A stretch of 64,000 nucleotides of DNA from Planctomycetes bacterium UBA1146 (GCA_963579555.1 CAUZHA010000002.1:4307-68306), one strand, 5' to 3'. Positions 10,010-19,717 are shown, counted from the stretch's first letter. The notes: generated from the sequence alone by a model not told the origin. A program made the numbers and translations.

Positions 10010-10636
10010 ATGAACACAACTCTACGACAATTCAGATCTCCTTCAGCACCCGGCGCTCATCCTTCCGAGGCGGGCTTTACGCTGGTGGAGGTTTCCGTCG
10101 CGGTGGCCGTGGGGGCGCTCTGTATGATGGTACTCGGCCAGGCGCTCTCGAGCGCGGCGGGTTCGAGCGAGTCCATCGTTCGCCAGGCTGAAATGCTCAA
10201 CGGAGTCCAGAGGTGTATGGAGGATCTGCGCAAGGAGCTGCGCTGCGCGAGCGCCGACCTGGCGGAAATATCCGGCTCGGATGGAAATGATGTCCTGGTG
10301 CTCAAGACCAGCGGTTCTTTTTCCGACGGCTTTCGTTGGGGTGCCTGCGACGAGACGGGCGTCTGGCAGGCGGGCTGGTCAGCGCGCTTTCGCGTTGTTG
10401 ACGGCCACCTGGTGCGTGAGGCGCTTGATATTGCCGGGCGCGTCAGGGGAGAGGCCCGGTTGCTGGTGAGGGGAGTGGCTGCAGAGGGGGGTGACGAAAA
10501 GGGCTTCTCGGTTGAGAAGACCGGCTCTCTTTTCAATGTGGAGCTCAGGTTGCTGAGGAGATTTCGCAACGGGACGGAGCTGCGGCGTGTTTTTTCGACA
10601 TCGGTTAAATCCTTGCCCGGCCTTCTTGGAGGCTGA
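10010..10636 (+). CDS. Prepilin-type N-terminal cleavage/methylation domain protein (pseudopilin-like)
   Basis: Leader MNTTLRQFRSPSAPGAHPSEAG, followed by FTLVEVSVAVAVGALCMMVLG. Start chosen at the ATG at 10010 inside the longer ORF. Confidence 0.55.
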   Translation: MNTTLRQFRSPSAPGAHPSEAGFTLVEVSVAVAVGALCMMVLGQALSSAAGSSESIVRQAEMLNGVQRCMEDLRKELRCASADLAEISGSDGNDVLVLKTSGSFSDGFRWGACDETGVWQAGWSARFRVVDGHLVREALDIAGRVRGEARLLVRGVAAEGGDEKGFSVEKTGSLFNVELRLLRRFRNGTELRRVFSTSVKSLPGLLGG

Positions 10637-12633
10637 TGGCCGGCCGCGCGACAAGAGGTCCGGAGGAGTTGATTCCAGTGTTACGAGATACTAAAGATTA
10701 CCAGGGTGCGAGCACGAGCGAAGCGGGCTATTTCAGCCTGCTGCTCGTTGTTGGCGTGTCGCTGATCGCCACCGCCGTATTGACCGCGACGGCTACGATG
10801 GCCACATCGACACGAGATGTTCGCCGCAGGGGGAACCTCGCCGCCGCCCGCCTGGCGGCCCGGTCGGGAATTGCCGAACAGGTTGCTGATATTGTCGCTG
10901 TACGTGACATGGCCCCGGTCGGCGAGCCCTTCAGCGGCCTGGACAGCATTGACAGGAACCAGCTCCAGGGGCCGGGAGGCTTCACGGCTACGGTTACCGG
11001 CAGGTTCCTGGATGATCACGAGGGAACGCCGGTTGCCCAGTACGATGTCTTTGTCGATTCGCTGGCGGGCTCCTCGATCTCCCGCCGCCTGGCGATCTCT
11101 TCTTACGCCTACGTCCCTGGCAAGGCGGCTTACGATTCGGGGGATCCGGATGCCGCCAGGGCGGATGCCCACGCCGTGGTAGAGGTTCGTTTCCAGGGCA
11201 GCGAGGTCTTTGACTATTCGTATTTCATCAATCACTGGGGCTGGTTCTTTGGCGATGATATCGCTTCCAACGGTAACGTTCGCTCCAACGGCCAGTTTGA
11301 TTTCGGACATCACAGCTCCGCCGTCAATGGTAGCCCGCGATACGAGGCTTCCCATGGCTCCCAGCTGCTGGGGTACATTGATGACAATGGTGATGGCGTC
11401 AAGGATGGAAGCGATGGGGGAGTTTATTCCTCCGTCTCCGTCATGAACGCCGACAATGTAAATGGGAGCGCCGGGGTGTCGAGCAATCGTCACGTAACCC
11501 CTGAAGTGGTCGAGATGCCGAATCTGGACAATCTCTCTTTTTACGAACAGAAAGCTGTTGCCCGCAACTCCAGTATTGGTGTGGCGGGGTCTTTTGAGGT
11601 AGACGGCGTTCTTGGTGATGGCGACACAGAGCCGCAAAACCTCTACCTGGTTGGAACGCGAGAGGCACCAGTTGTTCTCAACGGTCCGGTGGTGGTTCGG
11701 GGGAGCGTCATTATCTCAGGCTACGTAAGCGGGCAGGGCTCCATCTACGCCGGCGGCAATATCTACGTTGCCGACGATCTGCTCTATCTGAACCCGCCCG
11801 ACAGCATTCGTCCGGATTCGAATGACCAGCAGAGTGTGGAGAGATGGCGGTCTGAATCCGCCGCACGGGACTCGCTGGGTCTCTTCGCAAGGGAACATAT
11901 CGTGGTGGGCGATTATACCGATGATTGGTGGCAGACAAATGTTTCCGACTGGGTCAACCACGATCTGAATAAATCCCGCGAAGATGCCGGCAGCGATGGA
12001 ATCCAGAATACCCGCGAGGGCCCCGATGGCATCCTGGGCACCGCGGACGATGATTTTATGGAGGATGATGGAGTCTGGACCGTGAACCACTACACCGAGG
12101 AAGATGCCGAGAGAGGGCTGATTCCCGAGGGCAGCAGGCCTGGCGATGTCATCCCCGGCAGCGGGGAGGATATCGATGGAGATGGTCGGTATGACGACAC
12201 CACCAGGATGTCGGAGTTTGATCTTCCCCAGGCGCTCTCACAGGAGGCCTGGGGCGGCAATCTCCAGGAGGGCGAGGATCTCACCTATTCGCAGGTCGCC
12301 ACGTCCGAGATCGGGCGTCTCGATGCGGCCTTCTACACCAACCACACCTTTGCGGCAGTGGTTTCGAATCCTAATGGGGTTATCCAGGTGAACGGCGCGG
12401 TTGTTTCCCGTAATGAATCGATCATCTATGCAGCAGATGGACTGGAGCTGAATCACGATGAGAGGCTCACCGGCAGGGGAAACCAGCAGAGTGGTTTTGA
12501 TAGTCCTCTCGGCTGGGATCCGGTCAGGTTTATCCACTGGGATTTTGACAAGCTTCTCCCGGCGGAGATTGTCACTTCTACAGAGAGGATCGCCGACTAT
12601 CTTGGCGGCATTTCAGGCGGAGGAGGAGAATGA
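10636..12633 (+). CDS. Large secreted Asp/Gly-rich protein with pilin-like N-terminal hydrophobic segment
   Basis: 665 aa. The N-terminus SEAGYFSLLLVVGVSLIATAVL resembles a pseudopilin anchor but lacks the conserved Glu at +5. Many DG/DD-rich stretches suggest calcium binding. Start overlaps the stop of the previous gene. Confidence 0.5.
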   Translation: MAGRATRGPEELIPVLRDTKDYQGASTSEAGYFSLLLVVGVSLIATAVLTATATMATSTRDVRRRGNLAAARLAARSGIAEQVADIVAVRDMAPVGEPFSGLDSIDRNQLQGPGGFTATVTGRFLDDHEGTPVAQYDVFVDSLAGSSISRRLAISSYAYVPGKAAYDSGDPDAARADAHAVVEVRFQGSEVFDYSYFINHWGWFFGDDIASNGNVRSNGQFDFGHHSSAVNGSPRYEASHGSQLLGYIDDNGDGVKDGSDGGVYSSVSVMNADNVNGSAGVSSNRHVTPEVVEMPNLDNLSFYEQKAVARNSSIGVAGSFEVDGVLGDGDTEPQNLYLVGTREAPVVLNGPVVVRGSVIISGYVSGQGSIYAGGNIYVADDLLYLNPPDSIRPDSNDQQSVERWRSESAARDSLGLFAREHIVVGDYTDDWWQTNVSDWVNHDLNKSREDAGSDGIQNTREGPDGILGTADDDFMEDDGVWTVNHYTEEDAERGLIPEGSRPGDVIPGSGEDIDGDGRYDDTTRMSEFDLPQALSQEAWGGNLQEGEDLTYSQVATSEIGRLDAAFYTNHTFAAVVSNPNGVIQVNGAVVSRNESIIYAADGLELNHDERLTGRGNQQSGFDSPLGWDPVRFIHWDFDKLLPAEIVTSTERIADYLGGISGGGGE

Positions 12634-13148
12634 TGCGGGTGCTCAGGCTGTTTGCTTTCCTGGTTGTGATCGGAATATTCGTGCCGTCCTCGGCGGGAGC
12701 CGGAGAAAAATTACTCCAGCCCAGCTCCGGCAGGAAGGCCACCCCCACGGCGGGGGTCAGGCATCTCTTCATCAACAAGACGGCTATCGCTGAGCGTGCC
12801 GAGGCCCGGCGGAAGGCTCTTCCATCTCAGGGGAACCCGAACGCGGGCCGTGGATTCCTCCTCGAGAAGGCCCAGGGAGGGCATGGTACCGACAGGCTCT
12901 CAATGGCGAAGCTGCGTCATCGGCAGCTCGAGGGCTATAGGCGCCGGGAGATGACTTCTGCCTCGCCCGCGGACCTTGCCGGGAAGCGAGAGGCTCAGGC
13001 GAGTGGAGCATCAGTGAAGAAGGAGTCTGGAGGCGGCTATTCCGCGATCGCCTGCGCCTTCGGCGCCCTGGCAGCCGCGGTCTTCGTGGTATCGCTCAGG
13101 CGCAGGGGACGTCGAGAGGGTGAAAAGAAAAAAGCGCGCAGGTTCTGA
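12630..13148 (+). CDS. Secreted protein with C-terminal hydrophobic anchor and basic tail
   Basis: Signal peptide (LFAFLVVIGIFVPSSAGA). C-terminal GGYSAIACAFGALAAAVFVVSLRRRGRREGEKKKARRF. 4-nt overlap with the upstream gene. Confidence 0.45.
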   Translation: MMRVLRLFAFLVVIGIFVPSSAGAGEKLLQPSSGRKATPTAGVRHLFINKTAIAERAEARRKALPSQGNPNAGRGFLLEKAQGGHGTDRLSMAKLRHRQLEGYRRREMTSASPADLAGKREAQASGASVKKESGGGYSAIACAFGALAAAVFVVSLRRRGRREGEKKKARRF

Positions 13149-13194
13149 GCGAACCGGCGCGCTTATCCGCCAGGAAGGGGTCTGCGTGGAAGCC

Positions 13195-13446
13195 TTACTT
13201 GAGCTTCGCGAGGACCTTCTGGGCGTTTCGGGGAATCTTCGGCGCTTCAACCTTGCCGAACTCCGACAGCTTGTATTCAAAGTGAAAGGCCGCGTGCTCA
13301 CCGCCGATGATCTTATTGCCTTTGCGGCGGGTCTTTCCTTTGCGGCCCGTCAGCGCGGTAACCTTGATACGGATGGGAAGTGAGGTTTCGGGATCAATCT
13401 CGATTTCATAGAAGGCGTTGGTCATTGTCTTGTCCGCACCGGACAC
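13195..13446 (-). CDS. Small hypothetical ORF, same frame as and 5 codons downstream of the lipoprotein TGA
   Basis: GTG/ATG-initiated ORF (…MTNAFYEIEIDPETSLPIRIKV…). It may be an independent small gene or a continuation of the upstream ORF through the TGA. Confidence 0.3.
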   Translation of the reverse strand: MSGADKTMTNAFYEIEIDPETSLPIRIKVTALTGRKGKTRRKGNKIIGGEHAAFHFEYKLSEFGKVEAPKIPRNAQKVLAKLK

Positions 13447-13461
13447 GAATTCGGAAACCGT

Positions 13462-14118
13462 TCAGCCGCCGCCGAGACAGCCGGATTTTTCGACTGTCAG
13501 GTAGTGATCGAGAGCCTCCCTGGTCGGGGTTTCGACGAGCATGATGGTCGGCATGATGGCTTCGGCCTCTTTGCCCGGGAGGCGCTTCTTTGAAACAACC
13601 GTTCTGCCGCTCTCATCGAGCTCGATTTCCTCGGCCGGCTTCGCCGGGTTTGCCTCGGCTGCAGCCTGTTCAGCGTCGAGCCACCTTCCGCTTCTTTTTG
13701 CGTGGCGCAGCGCCCGTTTGAGAACCTCCTGGGGGAAATTAAAGAAGGTCTGGAGCTTCCTGCCTTGCGGATCAGAGTAGATGTTTCTCCACGCACCCTC
13801 GAAAAAGCGAACACCCTTCCTGGGAGTCTTGTAGGACTCCGCCGCCGAGATGTGGATCAGCCCCTTGTAGATGTCTCCCTGGTAGCTTTCCTTGACCGCG
13901 AATTGGTGGATCTTGTGATCCTTGGTGTTGGAAAGTCCGCCCTGGACGGTGAGGGTTGTTTTGAAGCCCTTGATCTTTGAGAGGTTTTTCGCGGCCTTCG
14001 CCAACTGCGAATAGGGAGAGGGAATCTTCTTCTTGGAAGAATCTCCTGCGAAGAGAAGTCCCGTACAGGCGGTCATTAGCGCCACGGGTAGCAGGATCCT
14101 GGTAAAGAGTGATCTCAT
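13462..14118 (-). CDS. Putative lipoprotein (ends at TGA, see findings)
   Basis: Lipoprotein-type signal (LLPVALMTACTG). 218 aa. Terminates ...HYLTVEKSGCLGGG followed by TGA. Confidence 0.55.
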   Translation of the reverse strand: MRSLFTRILLPVALMTACTGLLFAGDSSKKKIPSPYSQLAKAAKNLSKIKGFKTTLTVQGGLSNTKDHKIHQFAVKESYQGDIYKGLIHISAAESYKTPRKGVRFFEGAWRNIYSDPQGRKLQTFFNFPQEVLKRALRHAKRSGRWLDAEQAAAEANPAKPAEEIELDESGRTVVSKKRLPGKEAEAIMPTIMLVETPTREALDHYLTVEKSGCLGGG

Positions 14119-14276
14119 GATGTCACCTTTCTATAGGGGGCGATTTATGTTCACTGGTTTCCGGTTAAGCAGGTCTTTTGGCCACACGGAAATTGTATTT
14201 TCCTTCTGGCCGGTGAAACAAGAATATTCTCTATTGCGTGACGCAACAGGCCCGTCACAAAACTGATTAAGTCGTT

Positions 14277-17200
14277 TTATTTTATGACCTTGCGGGTTAC
14301 CCGCAGGCCGCTGAGTATCGGCGGAAGCTCTCCATGGGCTTTCAACTTCAAGCGCAGGTTTTCTTCCAGGAAGACATCTTCGATTGTCTTGATGATGCTT
14401 CGCCGAGGGCCGCCGGCCTCAGCGGCAATGTCCAGTTTCTCGATCCGTACGGTTCCATCAAGCACTACATCGAAGATTCGCCGACCCGCTGCGGCGTCCT
14501 CCGGTTCGGCGAATACAAGCTGGACGGTGTAGAGGTTCTTGGCTGCTTCTTTCGCGGGCCTTCGCATATTCCAATGGCCAGCGATATTCTCAGCGGCAAC
14601 GGCCGCGTCTTTTTTACACAGGAATTGAGCTGGCGAAAGACTTACCTTGGAGACCCGCAGCTCGTCGATGAGGTTGTTACCTCCCTTGGCGCCCTTGGCG
14701 AGCTCGTATTTCGGTTTTTTATCGTCCCACCACAGGGCTCGGTTTGCTGGTCCCTGGTGGTCGCCCGCCAACTCGCCATCGATATACAGGGCGCCTCGTC
14801 CTGTTGCGGCATCGTAGGTGAAGGCTATGTGGGTCCATTTGTCCCCGGGAAGCTCCTTGCCGAGCTCGAGCCGGATCTCCTTTTCGTTGTTGTCGCCGGC
14901 CTCGTTGGCGACAAAGTACCGAACCCTAACCTTGCGGTTGTCGACTACGAATCCGTGCTGCTTATCCTTGCCCGATCCCCTGGTATCAACATAGTCGATG
15001 TTGGAATTGACAAGCACCTTCATTTCGACAGAGATGCTGGCTGGCGCGAGTTCCTCGTAGCCCTCGATCTTTGCTTCGATCGCATCCTTGCCGCCGTCCT
15101 GTCCAAGGCTGCCGGAGAGTCCCGGGTTGCCCCCGGCGTTTCCAGGCGAGTCGTCGTAGAGCTTCGCCCGGCTGGCGATGACTGGGCTTCGGCCCTTGAC
15201 GAGATTCTCAAGCTCAAGGGCCCGGGCTGTTTTCTTCCTGAGAGGAATGATGATTTCCGCCTCTCCCTCAAGGACAGAAGAGGCCACCCAGGGGAGCTCT
15301 CCAGCCTCCAGCAGGCCGGAGTGGATGCGCCTGTACCGGAGGTCTTTGCCGCTCAGCTTGACCCTGGCGTCAGGCGATGGGCCGCCCACGCTGGGGTAAT
15401 CAATCCAATAGGTGCCGTCTTTCGCCCGGCGGTCTCCCGGCGCTCCGAAGTTGAGGCCGAGGTCGCTGACGTCTTTGTCATCATTCTTGTAGGTGGTGAA
15501 GGTCCACATCTCGGCTTCGGGCATGTGCACAAAGGCGAGAGAGGCCTGGTTTTGATAGGAGCAGGTACAGGTGCGAGTGTAGTCGGGGGCGTTGAGGATC
15601 CCCCCAGCTGGGATCAGGTTGGCTGTGCAGCCGGATCGGAAACCCCCGAGGTTACCGGTTCCCGAGTCGCTGGTGAGATCGTAGTAACCCGCGGCCGCCG
15701 AGCGGAAGGTTATCATGGTGGGGCAGCCGATGGCGGTATTGCAGCCATAGTTTCTCGTATAGGACCAGTTCACCGGTTGGCCGGAGAAAGGATGAGTCCG
15801 CTGGATTCGCTTGCCTGTCTTCAGCTCGTAGGCATGTCCGGCATTGGCATCGGCCTGGGTCACGATCATCTGCCCAACGAGGATCGGGGGGCCGAAGTAT
15901 TTTTCGGAATGTTCCCACAGCTTCTCGCCGGTGGTTCCCCGGTAGGCGACCATGCCCTGGCCGACCTCATCTCCAGCCCGGTCCCTCGCCTTGCTGCCCG
16001 CCTGGAGCAGGATGTCGAATTCTTCCGAATAGCCGAGCCAGGTTCCGAAGACTCTCTCCTGAACCTTCCAGAGCAGTTTTCCGGTGCCCATCTCTAGCGC
16101 CTTGATGGACCGGGCTTCCTGGGCGACCTTGCCTCTTCGCTTGAAGTAGTTGAGCTGCGCGTCCGTCAGCCGGTCCACGAAGAAGATCTTGCCGTTACCG
16201 GCGGCCAGGGTGTTGTGTCGGATATTGTAGCTCGCCTCGTGTTCGCAGATGATCTTGCCGGTCTTGCGGTCCAGCACCGCGACCTTCTTGCTGCCGACTC
16301 CGACCCAGCTGCCATCCTTGCCCGCGGCCTTGGGCTTGTATTCTGGCAGGCCGAAGATCTTGCTGAAGATCGTTCGCTTGATCCGTACGGCCGCGGCATC
16401 CGATGCGGTCCTTCCGGGAACCGCCTCCAGGTATTTGCGCAGCTGTTTCTGGAGCTCGTCGGTTCCGGCCTTTGCCCTGACCTTGGGGGGTATCTTCTGG
16501 TAAATCGCCCCGGAGGTCAGGAGCCTGTTGAGATTCACGCCCAGGTGATCTTTGCTGTTCTGCTTCTTGCCCCTGGCTGTCACCTCGAAATTTTTCAGGC
16601 TGGCGAGCCGTCCAAGCAGGTTCTTGACCTTGTCATCTTTCAGCCCATCAATTTCAGCCTTCGAGTAATCCGGATAGCGCAGCTCTGTCGGCTGGATTCC
16701 TGCGATGAGGTAGTCTCCCCAGATTCCCAGGTAGCCCCATCCGACTGGTTGGGGCTTTTCTCCGTTGCCGTTGATCTTGAACTCCGAAAGGGTTTTTCCC
16801 GTGTCAGGGTCGAGCTTGAGACAGCTCTTTTTGTAGATCGCGTAAATGCCATCAGCTACCGAGACGTAATTGCTGCCGAGGATATTGGCACCCGGTTGAT
16901 GGTCGGTGTTGTCGTAGGGAACTCCGATATCCTTGAGGGTTCTCTCCCAAAGCAGGCGACCGGTATAGGCATCGACAGCGCGCAGCATGTCACGTCCCTC
17001 GATGATGATCCGTCCCTCAATGAACTGGGGTATCGGTCCGTGGCCATGGCGTGGCAGCACGCCTGAGTTGGACGGACCTCCGAACCAGAGCAGGCCAAGC
17101 GGTGCCCGGACATTCATTTCAGCGGATGCTACGGAATGCGACACATCTCCATACTGATGGCTCCAGCTTCCGGAGCCTGCCGGAGCCGAGGTCTTCCTGA

Positions 17201-19604
17201 CGACCAGGAGATCCTCGCCGGATTCGATTTTGCAGCCATGCAGCTTGTTCGAAGCGAAGGCTTCTTTCAGGGATCCGTCGCCGGTCGGGAGGCAGGCCAT
17301 CCCTGTGAAGGGCCGCAGCAGTTTGAAGACAGCCCGGGTCGAGTCGGCTGGTTTTTCAAGGAGGCCGGTCAGCTGCTCAGAGACAACCAGGTCTGCCATA
17401 TAGGGGGCCAGGGGGAGCCCCACAGGCTTGCCTTCTATGATGGCGACACGCTGCCCGTAGAGGCTCTTTTCATCCAGGCGCCTCCTGGCGGCGGCGACCT
17501 TGTCGCCGTTCGCTTCGATGACGACGATGTGAAGCTCCGACTGCTCCGCCAACGCTGAGACGAGCTGACCTGAGCCGAGCCCGAGAGCCAGGCAGTAGCC
17601 CTTTCGCGTTTTCATACCCTGGAGGATCCGAGTTGCCACGCGCGCCCATTTTTTCTGGGGGTCAGTTCCCTCAACGGCTATTTCAGGTTGGAAAATTCGC
17701 TTCGGGCTGGTGAGAGGGGTCAGGCTCAGGTCGAAGGTCAGGTCCGAGCTGTCGGCTCTTTGTTGATGGACGGCTACCGCCAGCAGATTTTTACCCGGAT
17801 GGAGAAGATTTCCGGGAAGCTTCAGCTTGTCGAAGGTGTTTTCATTTTTGATCTGTATTCCGGAATAGGTCTGGTGGTTGGTCTCGCCTTCGGGCATGCG
17901 CAGGCGGGCGGCCTGCTTTCCGTTGAGATAGATGATGGCGCTGTCGTCGGCCAGGATCTGCAGCTCGAGATCACCGAACTGGAGCCCATCCGGAAGCTCA
18001 AAGGCGTGTCTGAAATAGCAGGCCGCGTGTTTCTTCTTGTCGTTTTTACCGAAGCCAAGACGGGTCTTTTCGTTATTTTCGCCGTATCCAAGCCTGGCCG
18101 GACCCTCCTTCCACTTTGAGTCGTCAAAGCTGATCGATTGCCAATCGGCGCCCGGTCCCTGGCCATCATCCTGATATTTCCAGGTGGCTCCCTTGGATAC
18201 GATGCTCTTGATCTCGACTTTCTTGGCAGCGGGCTCCTTCTTTTTGACCGGGAGCTGGAGGTCTGTTCTCTCTCCTCCAAAGCAATAGATTCTGCCAGCG
18301 GCGGTGCTGACAATGAGCTTCTCATCTCCGGCGATCATGTTGAGCGCCTCGTCGGGGATCGCCATGCTCCAGGCGACCGAGGCTCCGGCGATGATATTGG
18401 AAAAATCGACCGCGAGGATCCGGCTGTCCTCTCCGCTGCAGTAGAGGTGTCTACCCGCCTGGATAAAGACCTTCTTTACCTTCTGGTCAATGGGAGCGGC
18501 CCAGGTTTTGCGAATCCGGATGGAGCTCTGCGCCTTGCCCTTTCGGTCCTTGGTCGTGTGCTTTTCCCATCGCGGCTGGAAGCCTCTGAGGCCCTCTCCA
18601 TCGTGGCAGATGATGGAGCGGTCGTTGATCAGCAGGGCGTCTATCTTGGTGATGAATTTGCCATTGTCCAGGCGGTAGGCGCATTCCCGGTTCAGGTAGA
18701 AATTTTCTCCAAGGACCACATCATAGCCGCCGCCGCCCTTGGTTCCCATATTACGGGCGCTGACGTCGTAGTGTTTTATGGCGCCTGTCTTCCTGTCGTA
18801 GACGGCCGGCATAGTCCGGCCACCGGAGACGACGAGAAAATCTTCGTTCGCAGCGAGGTACCCTTGTGGGGCTATTCCGGAGAAGGCCGGACTGCCATGC
18901 TGCTGGGTCTGGAAGCTGGAGCCCTCGCCGCTATTGGTCCAGATCAGGCGTCCGGTTTCGGCGTCAAGGGCATGCAGGAAGATGCCCATGAAGGGCCAGA
19001 TCCCCGCGCCAAAGTAGATCTTGTCATCGTAGACGACGGGACCGCCGCGAGCGGGCCAGGTGCTTATGAGGCGATCATTTCCGAGCACCCGTCTTTCGTT
19101 GGGACCACCGCGGAACTTCCAGGCGAGCGCGCCATCGGCGGTGTTGAGGCAGTAGAGGTAGCCGTCATCGCAGACGATGAAGATTTTGTCTTTCCAGATG
19201 GCAGGCGCGAATCTGACGGGGCCATTGGTATAAAAGCGCCAGAGCTCTTTCCCTGAGTCGGTATCAAACGCGGTGAGCTTGTCAGAGATCATGGAGGGAA
19301 CGAAAAGCCGTTTCCCAGCGAGAACAGGCTCGTAGAGACGGTCAAATTGCAGCTTTTCCTGGTCAGCCGGCCAGGCGGTGTCAGGTTTCGGCAACTCCAG
19401 CGTCCACTGAAGATAGAGCTTCGCGGGAAGCTCGGCTGCCGAGGTCCCCCGGCGCGAGGCATCTGCCCGCCACATGGGCCAATCAGCCGCGAGGGCGTGA
19501 ACACTGGTGATCAGCAGGAGCGCGATCAGCAGTGGGGCTCTATTCATAAAGAGGGGAAGCAAGACGGAGGTGCGCGGTATTTTCATGAATTCAATAATAG
19601 CCAT
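14277..19604 (-). CDS. Giant secreted PQQ-like beta-propeller repeat protein with embedded class I methyltransferase-like, galactose-binding-like, LamG/ConA-like and malectin-like domains
   Basis: 1775 aa with a signal peptide. Repeated PQQ/BamB-type motifs (DTDSGKELWRF, NTADGALAWKF, DAETGRLIWTN). A region with the Rossmann-type motif LALGLGSGQLV ... ADLVVSEQ. DDSKWKEGPARLGYGEN jelly-roll-like region. C-terminal LELGKELPGDKWTHIAFTYDAATGRGALYIDGEL (LamG-like) and YTVQLVFAEPEDAAAGRRIFDVVLDG (malectin-like Y-V-x-L-x-FAE). Confidence 0.8.
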   Translation of the reverse strand: MAIIEFMKIPRTSVLLPLFMNRAPLLIALLLITSVHALAADWPMWRADASRRGTSAAELPAKLYLQWTLELPKPDTAWPADQEKLQFDRLYEPVLAGKRLFVPSMISDKLTAFDTDSGKELWRFYTNGPVRFAPAIWKDKIFIVCDDGYLYCLNTADGALAWKFRGGPNERRVLGNDRLISTWPARGGPVVYDDKIYFGAGIWPFMGIFLHALDAETGRLIWTNSGEGSSFQTQQHGSPAFSGIAPQGYLAANEDFLVVSGGRTMPAVYDRKTGAIKHYDVSARNMGTKGGGGYDVVLGENFYLNRECAYRLDNGKFITKIDALLINDRSIICHDGEGLRGFQPRWEKHTTKDRKGKAQSSIRIRKTWAAPIDQKVKKVFIQAGRHLYCSGEDSRILAVDFSNIIAGASVAWSMAIPDEALNMIAGDEKLIVSTAAGRIYCFGGERTDLQLPVKKKEPAAKKVEIKSIVSKGATWKYQDDGQGPGADWQSISFDDSKWKEGPARLGYGENNEKTRLGFGKNDKKKHAACYFRHAFELPDGLQFGDLELQILADDSAIIYLNGKQAARLRMPEGETNHQTYSGIQIKNENTFDKLKLPGNLLHPGKNLLAVAVHQQRADSSDLTFDLSLTPLTSPKRIFQPEIAVEGTDPQKKWARVATRILQGMKTRKGYCLALGLGSGQLVSALAEQSELHIVVIEANGDKVAAARRRLDEKSLYGQRVAIIEGKPVGLPLAPYMADLVVSEQLTGLLEKPADSTRAVFKLLRPFTGMACLPTGDGSLKEAFASNKLHGCKIESGEDLLVVRKTSAPAGSGSWSHQYGDVSHSVASAEMNVRAPLGLLWFGGPSNSGVLPRHGHGPIPQFIEGRIIIEGRDMLRAVDAYTGRLLWERTLKDIGVPYDNTDHQPGANILGSNYVSVADGIYAIYKKSCLKLDPDTGKTLSEFKINGNGEKPQPVGWGYLGIWGDYLIAGIQPTELRYPDYSKAEIDGLKDDKVKNLLGRLASLKNFEVTARGKKQNSKDHLGVNLNRLLTSGAIYQKIPPKVRAKAGTDELQKQLRKYLEAVPGRTASDAAAVRIKRTIFSKIFGLPEYKPKAAGKDGSWVGVGSKKVAVLDRKTGKIICEHEASYNIRHNTLAAGNGKIFFVDRLTDAQLNYFKRRGKVAQEARSIKALEMGTGKLLWKVQERVFGTWLGYSEEFDILLQAGSKARDRAGDEVGQGMVAYRGTTGEKLWEHSEKYFGPPILVGQMIVTQADANAGHAYELKTGKRIQRTHPFSGQPVNWSYTRNYGCNTAIGCPTMITFRSAAAGYYDLTSDSGTGNLGGFRSGCTANLIPAGGILNAPDYTRTCTCSYQNQASLAFVHMPEAEMWTFTTYKNDDKDVSDLGLNFGAPGDRRAKDGTYWIDYPSVGGPSPDARVKLSGKDLRYRRIHSGLLEAGELPWVASSVLEGEAEIIIPLRKKTARALELENLVKGRSPVIASRAKLYDDSPGNAGGNPGLSGSLGQDGGKDAIEAKIEGYEELAPASISVEMKVLVNSNIDYVDTRGSGKDKQHGFVVDNRKVRVRYFVANEAGDNNEKEIRLELGKELPGDKWTHIAFTYDAATGRGALYIDGELAGDHQGPANRALWWDDKKPKYELAKGAKGGNNLIDELRVSKVSLSPAQFLCKKDAAVAAENIAGHWNMRRPAKEAAKNLYTVQLVFAEPEDAAAGRRIFDVVLDGTVRIEKLDIAAEAGGPRRSIIKTIEDVFLEENLRLKLKAHGELPPILSGLRVTRKVIK

Positions 19605-19717
19605 CTACAGATGTATTCCCCGCTCCAAAAAGCCGATGTTAGCGTCTTCAATAGTTTAAATCCAGTTCAGGTTGACGCCAAGCGGGAGAGATCTATGCGT
19701 TTTGTTTGCAGGGGAGG

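Noticed and set aside
14334-19256. Several 280-590-aa plus-strand ORFs (14334-16097, 16215-17066, 18138-19256)
   Set aside because: All lie antisense within the 1775-aa PQQ-propeller gene, which has repeated recognisable motifs. They are high-GC frame artefacts.
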